Shown here piece by piece: positions 49,462-61,011 of a stretch of 64,000 nucleotides of DNA. The notes below the pieces were generated by a model. It did no database searches, was not told the origin of the DNA, and saw nothing but the letters and a program-made list of their open reading frames with translations. The position numbers and the translations under genes were made by a program. This DNA is from Octopus sinensis (Eukaryota): assembly GCF_006345805.1 (NCBI RefSeq), contig NC_043003.1, forward strand, positions 52,266,001 to 52,330,000. Reading direction: 5' to 3'. Position 1 is the stretch's first letter. Each line of letters starts with the position of its first letter.

Positions 49462-51150
49462 TTACTCTATTGCATGAACATGCTGGTGAATACATAAAGT
49501 AGATTTGTGTGTGAATTCTTTACCACATTTATCACATTTAAATAATGGCTTATCTTCTGTTTGAATACATTTATGTTCAGTCAAAGTTATATTATCAGAA
49601 AATGTCTTACCGCAAGCATCACACGTATATAATTTTTCTTTTGTGTGAATACGTTTGTGAAGTGTCAAATATTCACTTCGAGAGAAAGCTTTACCACATG
49701 TATCACAGTGGTATGGTTTCTCACCTGTGTGAATACGTTTGTGCTTAATTATATATCGTTTCTGGGCAAATATTTTACCACAGACATCACACTGGAATGG
49801 TTTTATACCGGTGTGTATGTGCTTGTGGATAGTTAAATCTTCACGTGTAGAGAAATTTTGATCACAGATATCACAGTGATATGAGTGCGACCCTGAGTGA
49901 ATGTGTTTGTGCCTCACTAAATATCTCTTTTTCAAAAATATTTTACCACAGATATCACACTGGTGTACAGTTTCTGCGTGACTAACTTTATGAGTTGCTA
50001 AAATCTCCATTGTAGAGAACATTTTACCACAGGTATCACACTGGTAAGGTTTCTGAATGGTGTGAATACGTTTGTGACGAGTTAAATCTCCGTTTATAGA
50101 GAATGCTTTGCCACAGACATCACAGTGGTATGGTTTCTCACGTGTGTGAACAGTTCGATGATTGCTTAAATGTGCATTTTGAGAGAATGCTTTATGACAG
50201 ATTTCACACTGGTATGGTTTCTCATTTGAATGAATACGTTTATGGGATGATAAATTTCCAGTTGTTGAGAAAGTCTTACCACAGACATTACACTCGTATG
50301 GCCTCTCACCTGTATGTTTACGCTTATGACACGTTAGATTTGCACTTCCAGAGAATGCTTTACCACAAACATCACATTCATATGGTTTTTCCCCAGTATG
50401 AATACGTGTATGACGTTTCAAGTAATCTTTACGAGAGAATGTTTTATCACAAATATCACAGTGGAAGGGTTTCTCTCCTGTGTGAATAAGTTTATGAGAA
50501 GTTAAATACCCACTCTGAGAGAATGTTTTGCCACATACATCACATTCGTATGGTCTTTCTTTGGTGTGAACACGTTTATGGATAACTAATGGTTTATTTT
50601 TGGAAAATGCTTTGCCACAGACATCACATTCAAATGGTTTCTCATTGAGGTGAGTGCGTTTATGGTTAATTAATGTTTTACTTTTAGCAAATGCTTTACC
50701 ACAGGTATGGCAACGGTAAGGTTTCTTCTCTGTATGAGTGCGTTTATGAGATGCCAATTTCCCAAGGGCTTTGAATGTTTTGCCACAGATATCACAGTGG
50801 AATGCATTTTCTGCAGTGTGGATACGATTGTGGCGGGTTAAATTGTTTTTCTGTGAGAATGTTTTCCTACAGATATCACACTGATATGGTTTGTCACCTG
50901 TGTGGGTAGACTTATGACGAGTTAATTTTGAACGGACATTGAATATTTTACCACAGATATCACAGTGATATGGTTTTCTGTCTGTGTGGATATGTTTGTG
51001 ATTATTCAAACTTTCAATATCAGAGAATATTAGTAAACAGACATCACAGGTGTATAATTTCTTTGCTACACCTAACTGTGCCTCATCAGTTGTATCTTTT
51101 TTCTCAGATTTTATTTCAGTAAGAACCTGATTCTCAGATGTGTCCTCCAT
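49462..51150 (-). CDS. C2H2 zinc-finger protein ZNF-B, 562 aa, 19 finger units (18 canonical; F18 degenerate)
   Basis: Open frame; the first ATG is at 51150 (MEDTSE, matching MEETVS of ZNF-A); the track start at 51168 is a TTG. Confidence 0.95.
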   Translation of the reverse strand: MEDTSENQVLTEIKSEKKDTTDEAQLGVAKKLYTCDVCLLIFSDIESLNNHKHIHTDRKPYHCDICGKIFNVRSKLTRHKSTHTGDKPYQCDICRKTFSQKNNLTRHNRIHTAENAFHCDICGKTFKALGKLASHKRTHTEKKPYRCHTCGKAFAKSKTLINHKRTHLNEKPFECDVCGKAFSKNKPLVIHKRVHTKERPYECDVCGKTFSQSGYLTSHKLIHTGEKPFHCDICDKTFSRKDYLKRHTRIHTGEKPYECDVCGKAFSGSANLTCHKRKHTGERPYECNVCGKTFSTTGNLSSHKRIHSNEKPYQCEICHKAFSQNAHLSNHRTVHTREKPYHCDVCGKAFSINGDLTRHKRIHTIQKPYQCDTCGKMFSTMEILATHKVSHAETVHQCDICGKIFLKKRYLVRHKHIHSGSHSYHCDICDQNFSTREDLTIHKHIHTGIKPFQCDVCGKIFAQKRYIIKHKRIHTGEKPYHCDTCGKAFSRSEYLTLHKRIHTKEKLYTCDACGKTFSDNITLTEHKCIQTEDKPLFKCDKCGKEFTHKSTLCIHQHVHAIE

Positions 51151-52216
51151 GGTGTCTCTCAAATACAAATGTGATTCCTTTCTTTACATAACATATAAAT
51201 TACTTGAAGGTTATATAAGTGATGTCATAATACATGATAATGTCATTCTTCATTTATGTGGGTGAGAAGTTTCCTGAAATGAAATAAAACAGCATAAGAA
51301 AAGAAAAAGAGTAAAACAAACAAAGGTTACTAGAGACAAATAGATTGGACAAAAGATAATGTTAAAACAACAAAGTTAATAAAAAAAAATTACAGAGCTA
51401 CAATAATACAAACATAAAACTTAATTATAGAAGTGTTTGTTGTAATAATGGTAAAGCAGGAAATGACAGATGCTAATTTTAGGAAGCCAAAGATGTCAGG
51501 TTGTCAGTTTGTACTTGAAGAAGGTCAATTGTGCATAATATGATCTAGGATGATAATGGACAACAAACAAGAGATAAAATGAGCAATTATCTTTAAAGAG
51601 AAAATACAGGAATATCCTCCAAAATATAGATAACAAATGTAAAGAAGATTTAGAAACCAAATACCTCTGTACACATCATTAGGCTGGTGTATGTCACTCA
51701 CAGATAATTCTCATAAAGACATATTTGTATGGCAGTCAAATAAATATCACTATTGTAAGATACCTTGTCAAGCCATGAACATTTTGTTACAAAATCTTTA
51801 TGACAAGTGCATCATAATTTGCATGCATTGGTCTTAGCTCAAAGATTTGTGTTATACAGAAATATAATGGAGATATGGTTTAAAAAGAATGGTCACAGGA
51901 AATAATGTCAGGATAGTTATTTTCTTTAATGATCCATATTGGGTTCTTGGACTCTTTAAGCTACATCATAGGCAACTCATCAAATGGAGCAGTAAGTGAA
52001 TAAGAAATGACAAAGAGTAAAGGGAATACTCAACCATTTTACATCGTTTGACTGGGTGCATTTTAATGAGCCACCAAAAGAGAAGATTTTAATACAGGCA
52101 AAATGTCCTGGTACAGAAACAATAACACCAAAAAGGAAGCCATTACGAGGTCTTACAACCTGCCAGAATCAGCAGCCAAATATTCCTCAAATCACACACT
52201 ACCTTCTTAAAAAAAT

Positions 52217-52803
52217 AGGAGTGGTTGTGTGGTAAGTAGCTTGCTTACCAACCACATGGTTCCAGGTTCAGTCCCACTGCGTGGCACCTTGAGCAAGTGT
52301 CTTCTACTATAGCCTTGGGCCGACCAAAGCCTTGTGAGTGGATTTGATAGACGGAAACTGAAAGAAGCTCGTCATATATATGTATATATATCATCATCAT
52401 CGTTTAGTGTCCGCTTTCCATGCTAGCATGGGTTGGACGGTTCAACTGGGGTCTGTGAAGCCAGAAGGCTGCACCAGGCCCAGACTGATCTGGCAATGTT
52501 TCTACGGCTGGATGCTCTTCTTAACGCCAACCACTCCGTGAGTGTAGTGGGTGCTTTTTACGTGCCAGATGAGGCTGGCAAACGGCCACAATCGGATGGT
52601 GCCTTTTATGTATGTGTGTGTATGTGTTTGTCCCCCCAACATCGCTTGGTGTGTTTACGTCTCCGTAACTTAGCAGTTCGGAAAAAGAGACTGATAGAAT
52701 AAGTACTAGGCTTACAAAGAATAAGTCCTGGGGTCAATTTGCTCAACTAATGGCGGTGCTCCAGCATGGCCACAGTCACATGACTGAAACAAGTAAAAGA
52801 GTA
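52217..52803 (+). mobile_element. SINE type A split by an antisense RTE 3' end (52390-52610)
   Basis: Head 52217-52380, (atc)n RTE tail inside the TA tract, body 52612-52803. Confidence 0.85.
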
Positions 52804-53143
52804 CATCTATTACACTGTCTGTATACAAGGTTGCATGGTTCACAGCTTGAATACTTTTGGGCTTAGGTCTTCTCAATCAGAGGATCTAGAGCTAAGCAAC
52901 AACATCACTACTAAACTACTTTTCCATCACCACCTTAACTGCAATTATTCCTGCTGACACCATCTTTTGCCCATACATTTAGCTATCACAACTACATGCT
53001 AAATAGTCCCTCAACTCTCCTCCAACAACTTAGCTTCTCATCATCAGAACACGATCAAGTATTAATGAACAAAATTACAACACCCTCTTTCAGACAACTA
53101 AAAGCCAAGGGAAACCACTTCATAAACACAAAAACTGATTTAA

Positions 53144-53363
53144 TCCGCTAATGTTCAGATTATTTTGTCAAATATATTGCTTATTTATTCACATTGCTTT
53201 GAATTGATCATACATTATTGCATAGCTTCAAGATTTCAATGGTGTGTTTCTATATATTGAGAATGACATTACAGGGTAGGTGTGAGAGGATGGATCTGGT
53301 CAGTTTTAACATAAAATAGGTAGAATATTTGGGTTGGATATAGGTGGATTAAATACTAAAGGG
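53144..53363. mobile_element. piggyBac-like MITE, second copy
   Basis: Colinear with 12333-12553; ends TAAAGGG|TTAA. Confidence 0.7.
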
Positions 53364-53389
53364 TTAAGTTTTACAGAGCTCAACAGCAG

Positions 53390-53790
53390 CTTAATCCTCA
53401 ACAAAGACACAGCACGTTCATTCAACAAAATAACTACAGACACCAACCCCATAAACATAGACCTTGAAAGCATGTTCTAATCTTCTAACAGGGATATGAC
53501 AGTCTTTGTTCTATCAATACAAAGAAAACACAAACACTGCTCATAAAAAAAATATCACCATACCACAACTCCTTTAATCATGAGTTGCAGTCACAATAGC
53601 TCTTGAAGCCATCCCAAATGTTGAGTCACACCATCATTGAGGATCTCACCTAGTATATCTTTAACAAAGCTAGGACCATATCTCCATACAAACCCTTCTT
53701 ATCAGGCACATAAAATACTTTAGCTCTCAACAATTATTGATACCCTACAAAACTTAAGTGAGGCCCACAATGGAGTGGGATCCAGAAAAA
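53390..53790 (+). mobile_element. Old Jockey/CR1-like LINE C-terminal relic
   Basis: INIDLES and QQLLIPYKT*VRPTME motifs. Confidence 0.55.
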
Positions 53791-54489
53791 GGCCATCAGA
53801 CTGATTTGTATAAAGTCATAGACACACTCCAACTTCTAACCCACGGGCATGCTGCCCCCTCTTCCTACCCTTTCCTTTTGCTATTAAAATGATCCTGGCT
53901 TCTTAAAGCTGGTTGGGTCCATGCCACTTTCACTCAGGCTTTCCATTCTACTTAACTCTCTTTCTCTTACCCGCTTTGTTGTGTCCAGCCCCACCTCACA
54001 TTAATCACTACACTCAGTTGTTCCTCACAATGTTGACCCCCTGGAATTTCATTGCTGCTCAAATCTTAGAATATACCTATGTGGTTTCTGCTTTTTTGAG
54101 CACACTAAACAACTATGTAGAGGATGGCCTGCCATTTGAGTTTATTGAAAAGACAGAGATTAAGGCTGAAATAAAATGAGGTAACGAGTACGTATCTAAT
54201 AATTAGTGTGAGCATTCTACTCACCTTTCTACAAAGATTTCTTTCAGAGAATTTCCCTAAGCAAAATGAGATAGAATCAACCCCTGAGTAATCAAACTGG
54301 CCATATCATGCCTTTCAGATGTACCCTACAATGTCATTCTGAAAGCAAACAATCACATCATCAAAATCCTGAAGCTATAACATAACGCATGATTAATTTA
54401 ATTTAATGTCAATAAATAAACATAAGATTTGGCAGAGTATTCTGATTGTTCAACTGTTTTTGATTCCTGAATTTTGACATAGGTATCAC

Positions 54490-55330
54490 GCAATGCCCTC
54501 TATTTGTTCATCAGGCACAACTTTGTTGAGCCATGATCATGACCAGCTAATTGAATGGTTGAAAAGATTTGGACTTCTAGCTCAAAATTGCATCTGTGAT
54601 TGGGGCCACAACTGTTTATTTGTGAAATGTTTGTGGTTACAAACTGGAAGAGTACTGCTAAATACAATAGGAAACTTATAACAATTAGAAAAGATCCAAT
54701 CTTTGATAACAGCTATGTCCGGTTGGATAGAATCCTAGTTGCCATACTGGTGCTCATTCTGTGTCCCATTAAAAGTTATAACGGCAATTTGGAATTCAAC
54801 CCCTGAGTATTGAAACTACAGATTTGAAGTTGAAATCCTATAACTGACTGGTCAAATTTTTGTTGAGCTGCTTTAGCTGAACATCAGATATGTAATCCCA
54901 CTTGCAGTCATAATAGCAACAAACAAAATTCCTGCACAAAATACAGGTGAGATGCACACAATAATGGCACTTGAGTATTGGGCAGATTTGAATTAAGCAC
55001 TACCCACAGTGTTTATCTATATATCTGATATGCTGGTTAACAACTTTGTAATCAATGATACTCTGCATGTCTGCCCAGGAAGTATAATATTTACCGATGA
55101 ATGGGCAGCAGATCAGAACTTAAGAGTCATGGATTCTTGCACTTGACTATAATAACATTCCATGTTGTTTGTAAATGAAACCACAAATGCCTACACAAAT
55201 CATGTGGATTCATGCCAAATGCAGATAATGCTATATTTATGATAGCTTCTCAGACTTGTTCATGAAATACTTGATTGCATCCACATGGCAGAAGAGATAC
55301 CCCAATAGACAGTTGGGACATTCACAAGCT
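54490..55330 (+). mobile_element. Merlin (IS1016/ISXO2-like) transposase relic
   Basis: QLIEWLKRFGLLA..C, TIRKDPIFDNS, TDWSNFC, HVCPGSIIFTDEWAA and FVNETTNAYTNHVDS. Confidence 0.75.
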
Positions 55331-55361
55331 CAAATAGCTGAGCAATATACATTTTGAAATA

Positions 55362-55975
55362 TATGAGGTCTGATCAATAAGTGTCCAGACTGTTGCCATA
55401 GTGACAAAGCTAAAGCAAGCAGAGTGAAGCTGCTTGGCAAAGATTGACCTTGAACTCTGCTGTGTAGGTGTCTTAAGTTATAATGTTCTAGTTCATTTCT
55501 GTTGTTTACAGCAGTACTTGAACTGAAGATGTGTAGCGTGTGATCATTGCATTGACCATAACAGAGGAAGTTGTCAGGGTGATACTTGCTCAGAGGCCTA
55601 TGCAAAATTGCAGAAAGTGTATGAAGAGGGAGTATGAACTGCACACAAGTGTATAAGTGGTTCAGGTGCTTCCAAGATGGTTGAAAAATGTCGATATTGA
55701 CGAATGTTCTGAGAGACTCGCAACCAGCAGAACTGAGAAAAACACCGCAGATGTGCATGCAGCTCTGAGGGGGAAAATCATCGAATCACCATCCATGAGT
55801 TATCAGAAGATATGCAGATCAGTTCAGTCCAGTATATTATGACTGGAGGTTTGGGTAGGAGATGCATGTCTGCCAAGTTTGTGCCAAAACTGCTTTCAGC
55901 TGACCAAAATGACACTTGGGTTTCAAGTTGCACAAGATCTTCTTGATTGTATTAAGAACGATGAAAACTTTGCAG
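55362..55975 (+). mobile_element. Mariner 5' half (TIR and HTH region)
   Basis: TA-tgaggtctgatcaataag; QVYKWFRCFQDG, ITIHELSEDMQI and SAKFVPKLLSADQ. Confidence 0.8.
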
Positions 55976-57549
55976 GAAACTTTTTTCAGATTATGCTGGT
56001 ATCTTTGGAATATTCATTTAATAAATTCTAGGAAGAAAATAGTGGCATAGTCCTCAAAAATAATTGGGTTTTTTTTTTTATTTTCAACATAATTATAATC
56101 TACATTATTGATGTGTATGAGAAAAAGTTGAGGTGTCTGAAATATTTGCCTTTCTCATATTTTTTCCTTAAATTCCAACATAAGCTATACCAACTGAGAC
56201 ATATCTGTAGAAAATTTCACAACAAAATGCTAATTTTTCTGAAAGTTAATACAACTGGAGGGAAGGGCACATATTCACAGTTACGCTGGCAATTCTTCAT
56301 ACAATTTACGGCCGTAAAAAAAACAAAACAAAAAGCATGAATGTCCTTAAACTTTACAAAGACAATAATGCATTGAATATGCATATTTTTAAAGTATAAA
56401 ATATATGCTCAAAAAGGATAGTAGGGTCCAAAACCATAATGTCTTCAAATTTCGATTTAGGGAGGGGGTGGGGTGATTATTTTACTTTATTTTTTGCCAA
56501 CTCCCTTACCTGAGTTTTTTAGTTTAATCTGAAAATTTTCCAATTATTCAGATATTTCAAAAAGTTACACATACTTTTGAAAAATCCCAATATATTGGGT
56601 CATCCTATAATGAAGTTGTTTATATTTCTTTTATTTTTCATAATTAAGATAGTTCTTTTTGAATCTAAAATATACTCTCTTTCATTTTCTACAATCTTCT
56701 TCCATCTATCTGGTAGACTAGCAAGGCCCCTCTTCCAAAATTCATTTGTCCGTGACATAAAAATACTCCTCCAGTACTGTTCTGACCTTGTCTACAGAAT
56801 TCATATTTTTTCTGTCCGAGACATGACAGTAAAGAAGAGCACACATTCACTCTCCATGCACGATTAGACTTGGAAAGTTTGTGAGGAACCTATTTGGCTG
56901 ACTTTACCAATGACACACAGGTGTCAATGATAATCAGTTGGGGCAATGCCTGGCAAATATGGTGGGTGGGGCATTGTTGTCCATTCAAACTACTCCAGCC
57001 TTTGGAATGTCATCCTCGCTGTATGTGGCCAAGCGTTATCCTGATGGAAGAACACCTTTCATCTTGAAACCAAAGATGGTCGTTTTTCTTCTAGCGCTGA
57101 CTTCAGCTGCTTGCAGTAGATCTCCTTTGTTATTGTTTTGTTTGGGTTTAAAAGTTCAAAGTGGACTAAACATTTTCATATCCCACCAAACAGATAACAA
57201 TACCTTACGTGGGTGAAAACCTTCTCTAGCCTGGGGTGCTGGTGTTTCTCCTTTCCCTACCCACTGTCTTCAGCACTTGACATTTTTATAGAGAATCCAT
57301 TTCTCGCCACCAGTCACTATTCGGTCCAAACAAGGTTCATTCGTGAGACATGACAGTAAAGAAGAGCACACATTCACTCTCCATGCACGATTAGACTTGG
57401 AAAGTTTGTGAGGAACCTTATTGGCTGACTTTACCGATGACACACAGGTGTCAATGAATAGTTGAATGACTAAATCCAAGCTTCTCTGCCAGTTCCTCAA
57501 CAGTTACAATGGGATTTTGTTCCACCAGGGTTTGCAGAACGTCCTTGTT

Positions 57550-58282
57550 GGGCGATCTTTCGATTTAACTGGCAAAAATGCCAAACTAAACAGCTGTTAA
57601 GGTACAGCGTTCGGTAAAATCCATAAACAATTTATATTCATTTTCGTGGGTAGAAATGTACATTTTGTTTGAGGTCAGCATAAAGTGAAAGAGAGACGAA
57701 ATGGACAAAGGCGTGTGTATGTGTTGATGAGGGGTGCGAGACAGAAAGTATGTGCTGTATGAGAGAGAGAGAGAGAAGTGTGTTGTCAAAGAGGGGTATT
57801 GCTCTGTGTCACTAAAAAAAAAAATAATGCGAGAAAAACTAAATAAAAAATTTACATTATCACTCTCTCCCTCTCTCTTTTTTCACACATACACACACAG
57901 AGCAAGATACACCTCTCTCTCTCTCTCTCAGTCAATTGCACACCGAAAAAAGATGCAAGAAAAAGTAAATAAATAAGTAAAAATTCACGCTATCATTCTC
58001 TCTCTCTGTCTCTCTTTCTCAGTCAATCACTCATACATTCATTGAAAAAATTTTAAAAAAATGTACGCTGTCACTCTCTATCTCTCACACATACACACCT
58101 TGTCTAGCAACCCTCACTATTAACACATACACAACTCCATGTCCCTTTTGTCTCTGACTTCAAACAAAATGTACATTTCAAACCACAAGAATAAATAAAC
58201 ATTTTTTTACGGAATTTACCGAAAGTAAGGTAACAGCTGAGCTGCGCGCGCACGCCTTCGAAATAAAATGAAAGATCGCCCC
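57550..58282. mobile_element. Foldback-like MITE with long imperfect TIRs, nested in the mariner
   Basis: Ends GGGCGATCTTTC / GAAAGATCGCCC; 57590-57735 vs reverse complement of 58108-58240; CT-rich internal modules. Confidence 0.7.
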
Positions 58283-58472
58283 ACCGTTGACACTGGCTTA
58301 CGCTTATTGTCCGATCCCCATATACTGCATTAATATTCCTCGCACTTTCTGTTGCGTTGTTGCCTTTATTGAACTCATAAAGCAAAATATGGTTCTTTCT
58401 CACTTCCATTGTAGCTTTGAAAGAACTCTTAAAATCGAACTGCATTCTTCAAAACTTGCACTAATAATGACA

Positions 58473-58546
58473 AGGTAAAGAATACGCACACCCAGTGTTT
58501 AGGGTTAAGCCGAAAACGGGTGGTGTGCGTATTCTTTACCTCCACC
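58473..58546. mobile_element. TTAGGG-core palindromic MITE, second copy
   Basis: Perfect 20-bp IR AGGTAAAGAATACGCACACC (58473-58492 / 58522-58541) around gtttagggttaag. Confidence 0.75.
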
Positions 58547-59719
58547 AAAATTACTACCTGCTTTTAGAGCAAGGTAGTGCAGATAGTTTATCCCATCCTC
58601 CCTACGACCTTTAGTTCATGAAATGAAAAACCGCATTATTTACGTGATGACCAAATACTTACAAGATAAATCAGATTTTTAAATCTGAAAAAAAAAAAAT
58701 CCGTGTTTTATTTTAAAAAAATGTTATTATTTTTTATTTGCAGAATTAAGATTTTGCAAAACATACTCATCCGAAAAAATTACGATTTTTGACGCACTAG
58801 ATAACTTCCGACTCTATTCTATAGGAATGCAGTATTGTCCAGATTTCTTGTTCGTTCCCCAAACACAAGAACATTGTGGAAGAATTACTATTTGGATCAA
58901 GCAACACGATCCTTAAATATCTGACACAATTAGATATTTTCATACTTAAAGATCACATTTTAAACCTTATTAATTGCTTAATAATGTTCGCATATGTATT
59001 TTATATTGTGGCTTTCGTTTATTTTCTTTTGAATATACGGTGATATAAAATCGCCCTTCTTATTTGATTGTGGGATATTACAAGTTTCAAATTTCATATT
59101 CTGTCGATTCACAAAAAAACTAAACATTTATTTTAATTTACCTCATTTCTGTTTAAATACATTGAATATTATATCTCCGTTTCTCCATCATTTCTCTTTT
59201 TACCTCAAAAACATTCTCTTAAATAATCAGACCGTTAAAAAATAAATAAAAATTTTCCGTCCGACCGTTATGTTTCATTACAAAGGAGGAATAATTCAGC
59301 TCGACTTAACAGCAACATAATAAATTAAATAAATTACACATGCTATATTAATAATTTTATACTACATATTACCCCCAAAAGTTGTTCCCTGTTCCTTCTT
59401 TCAATTAAAAAAACAAAAACCGTTTTTTTTTTACCTTCAGGTGAACTTAAATATAGCCCGGAAGCCATGTTCCATATTTTTTTTTGCTAATTTGAAACCT
59501 TAACAATTACCATTTTATTTCAGAACTGAAATGTTAAATAAAATGTAATTCAGAAAGAAACTTATAAAAGAACAGCGATATTTATAAGTTAGAAAAAAAA
59601 AATTGAAAATATTTTAAATGAATCTGGAAATAACACGAACATTTGGTAGACTAAGTTTTCTCACTATGCGTATAACGATGTAAAGTTGATAAAGAGTAAA
59701 TATATATTATATATGTGCA

Positions 59720-60045
59720 ACTTACTGTTTTCCGATATCTTTCTTCTTCACTACTTGATATAAATAGATATAGTTAAATTATAGGAATACGATGCCATTA
59801 ACAGAGGCAAGAAATTAATAAAGTCTTCTATAAGACATTACCGATAGTCAGGACAAACTAAGCGATACATCTAAATGGAATTCATAACTAATAGATCAAC
59901 TCAATAGCATTACTTTCGTAGCTGATTCTGGAATAAACGTATATTAAATGTATGAAACAAAATTTTAGTCATGTTAAAATTGACTGTACAATTTGTGTAG
60001 CATCGTTAAGTAATTATAGTCGGTAATTTTTTTAATAAAATGGTA
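59720..60045 (-). promoter_or_regulatory. Putative non-coding first exon and promoter of ZNF-B
   Basis: Donor aaaaca|GTAAGTTG (intron starts 59725) and TCAGCTACGAAAGTAA at 59910-59925, matching 39890-40215. Confidence 0.62.
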
Positions 60046-60445
60046 ACGGTAGAACGGGATAAAATGTTATGGACTTAGTTTTAATTAATCCGGAGCGTAT
60101 CGCTTTAAAATATTTTTTGGTTGCATTTTTTTCATTATTTTCTTTGCCATTAACACACCCATCACCATCATCATCACCACAGTGGGCATCATGACAAACT
60201 AAAAAAAACAACAACAAAAAAACTGAGCAGCAGGCTAAATACATGGATATTTACGGCAAATAGAAATGAAGTCACTTTTCATTGAAATACACTAAATAAT
60301 CAAATAAGCAGAGGATACCCGGACAGAAATAAATGTAACGACGAAAGATGCGGGCTCTACTTCATAGCTGTGCCAAAGAATTGCTCTGGCAGTCGTTCAT
60401 AGGCAAGTGTTTTGTGTTAATACGCAAGAAAGCTGATGGATTAAG

Positions 60446-60491
<46 letters not shown>

Positions 60492-60650
60492 TGCGAGAAT
60501 TATTCAGTAGCCATGATAAAACTCCGGGTTTCGGATGTTGGGGCGGAAAACCACGCCGCTATCTTTTCAGTTATCCGGCCATCGAAAAAAGTCCTCTATT
60601 TACATAATATCGAGGTCTCTTTCATTCTTTTGTTGTCTTACCATTTCTAT

Positions 60651-60652
<2 letters not shown>

Positions 60653-60716
<64 letters not shown>

Positions 60717-60737
60717 TGTGTGTGTGTGTATGTATGT

Positions 60738-60772
<35 letters not shown>

Positions 60773-60927
60773 GTATGTATATATATATATGTATATATAT
60801 ATATATGTATGTATATATAAATATATGTATGTATATATAAATATATGTATGTATATATGAATATATGTATGTATATATAAATATATGTATGTATATATAA
60901 ATATATGTATGTATATATAAATATATG

Positions 60928-60987
<60 letters not shown>

Positions 60988-61011
60988 ATATATATATATA
61001 TGTATATATAT
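60653..61011. repeat. Compound (TA)n/(ATGT)n tract with a 20-bp higher-order unit
   Basis: ATATATGTATGTATATATAA repeated about 7 times at 60801-60940. Confidence 0.95.

Larger units (their letters stand above)
56595..58655 (-). mobile_element. Mariner with both ends, nested insertions and an internal duplication
   Basis: TA|ttgggtcatc.. and ..gatgaccaaa|TA ends; HILLYEFNKGNNATESARNINAVYG, VTGGEKW, HQDN and HPPYLPGIAPTDYH. Confidence 0.85.

Noticed and set aside
35224-51150. ZNF genes as retrocopies mobilised by the adjacent LINE
   Set aside because: Both appear to retain a homologous upstream exon, donor and acceptor, which indicates DNA-level duplication.
51151-51168. N-terminal extension MYLRDT of ZNF-B
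   Set aside because: The track start is TTG; the ATG at 51150 aligns with the ZNF-A start.
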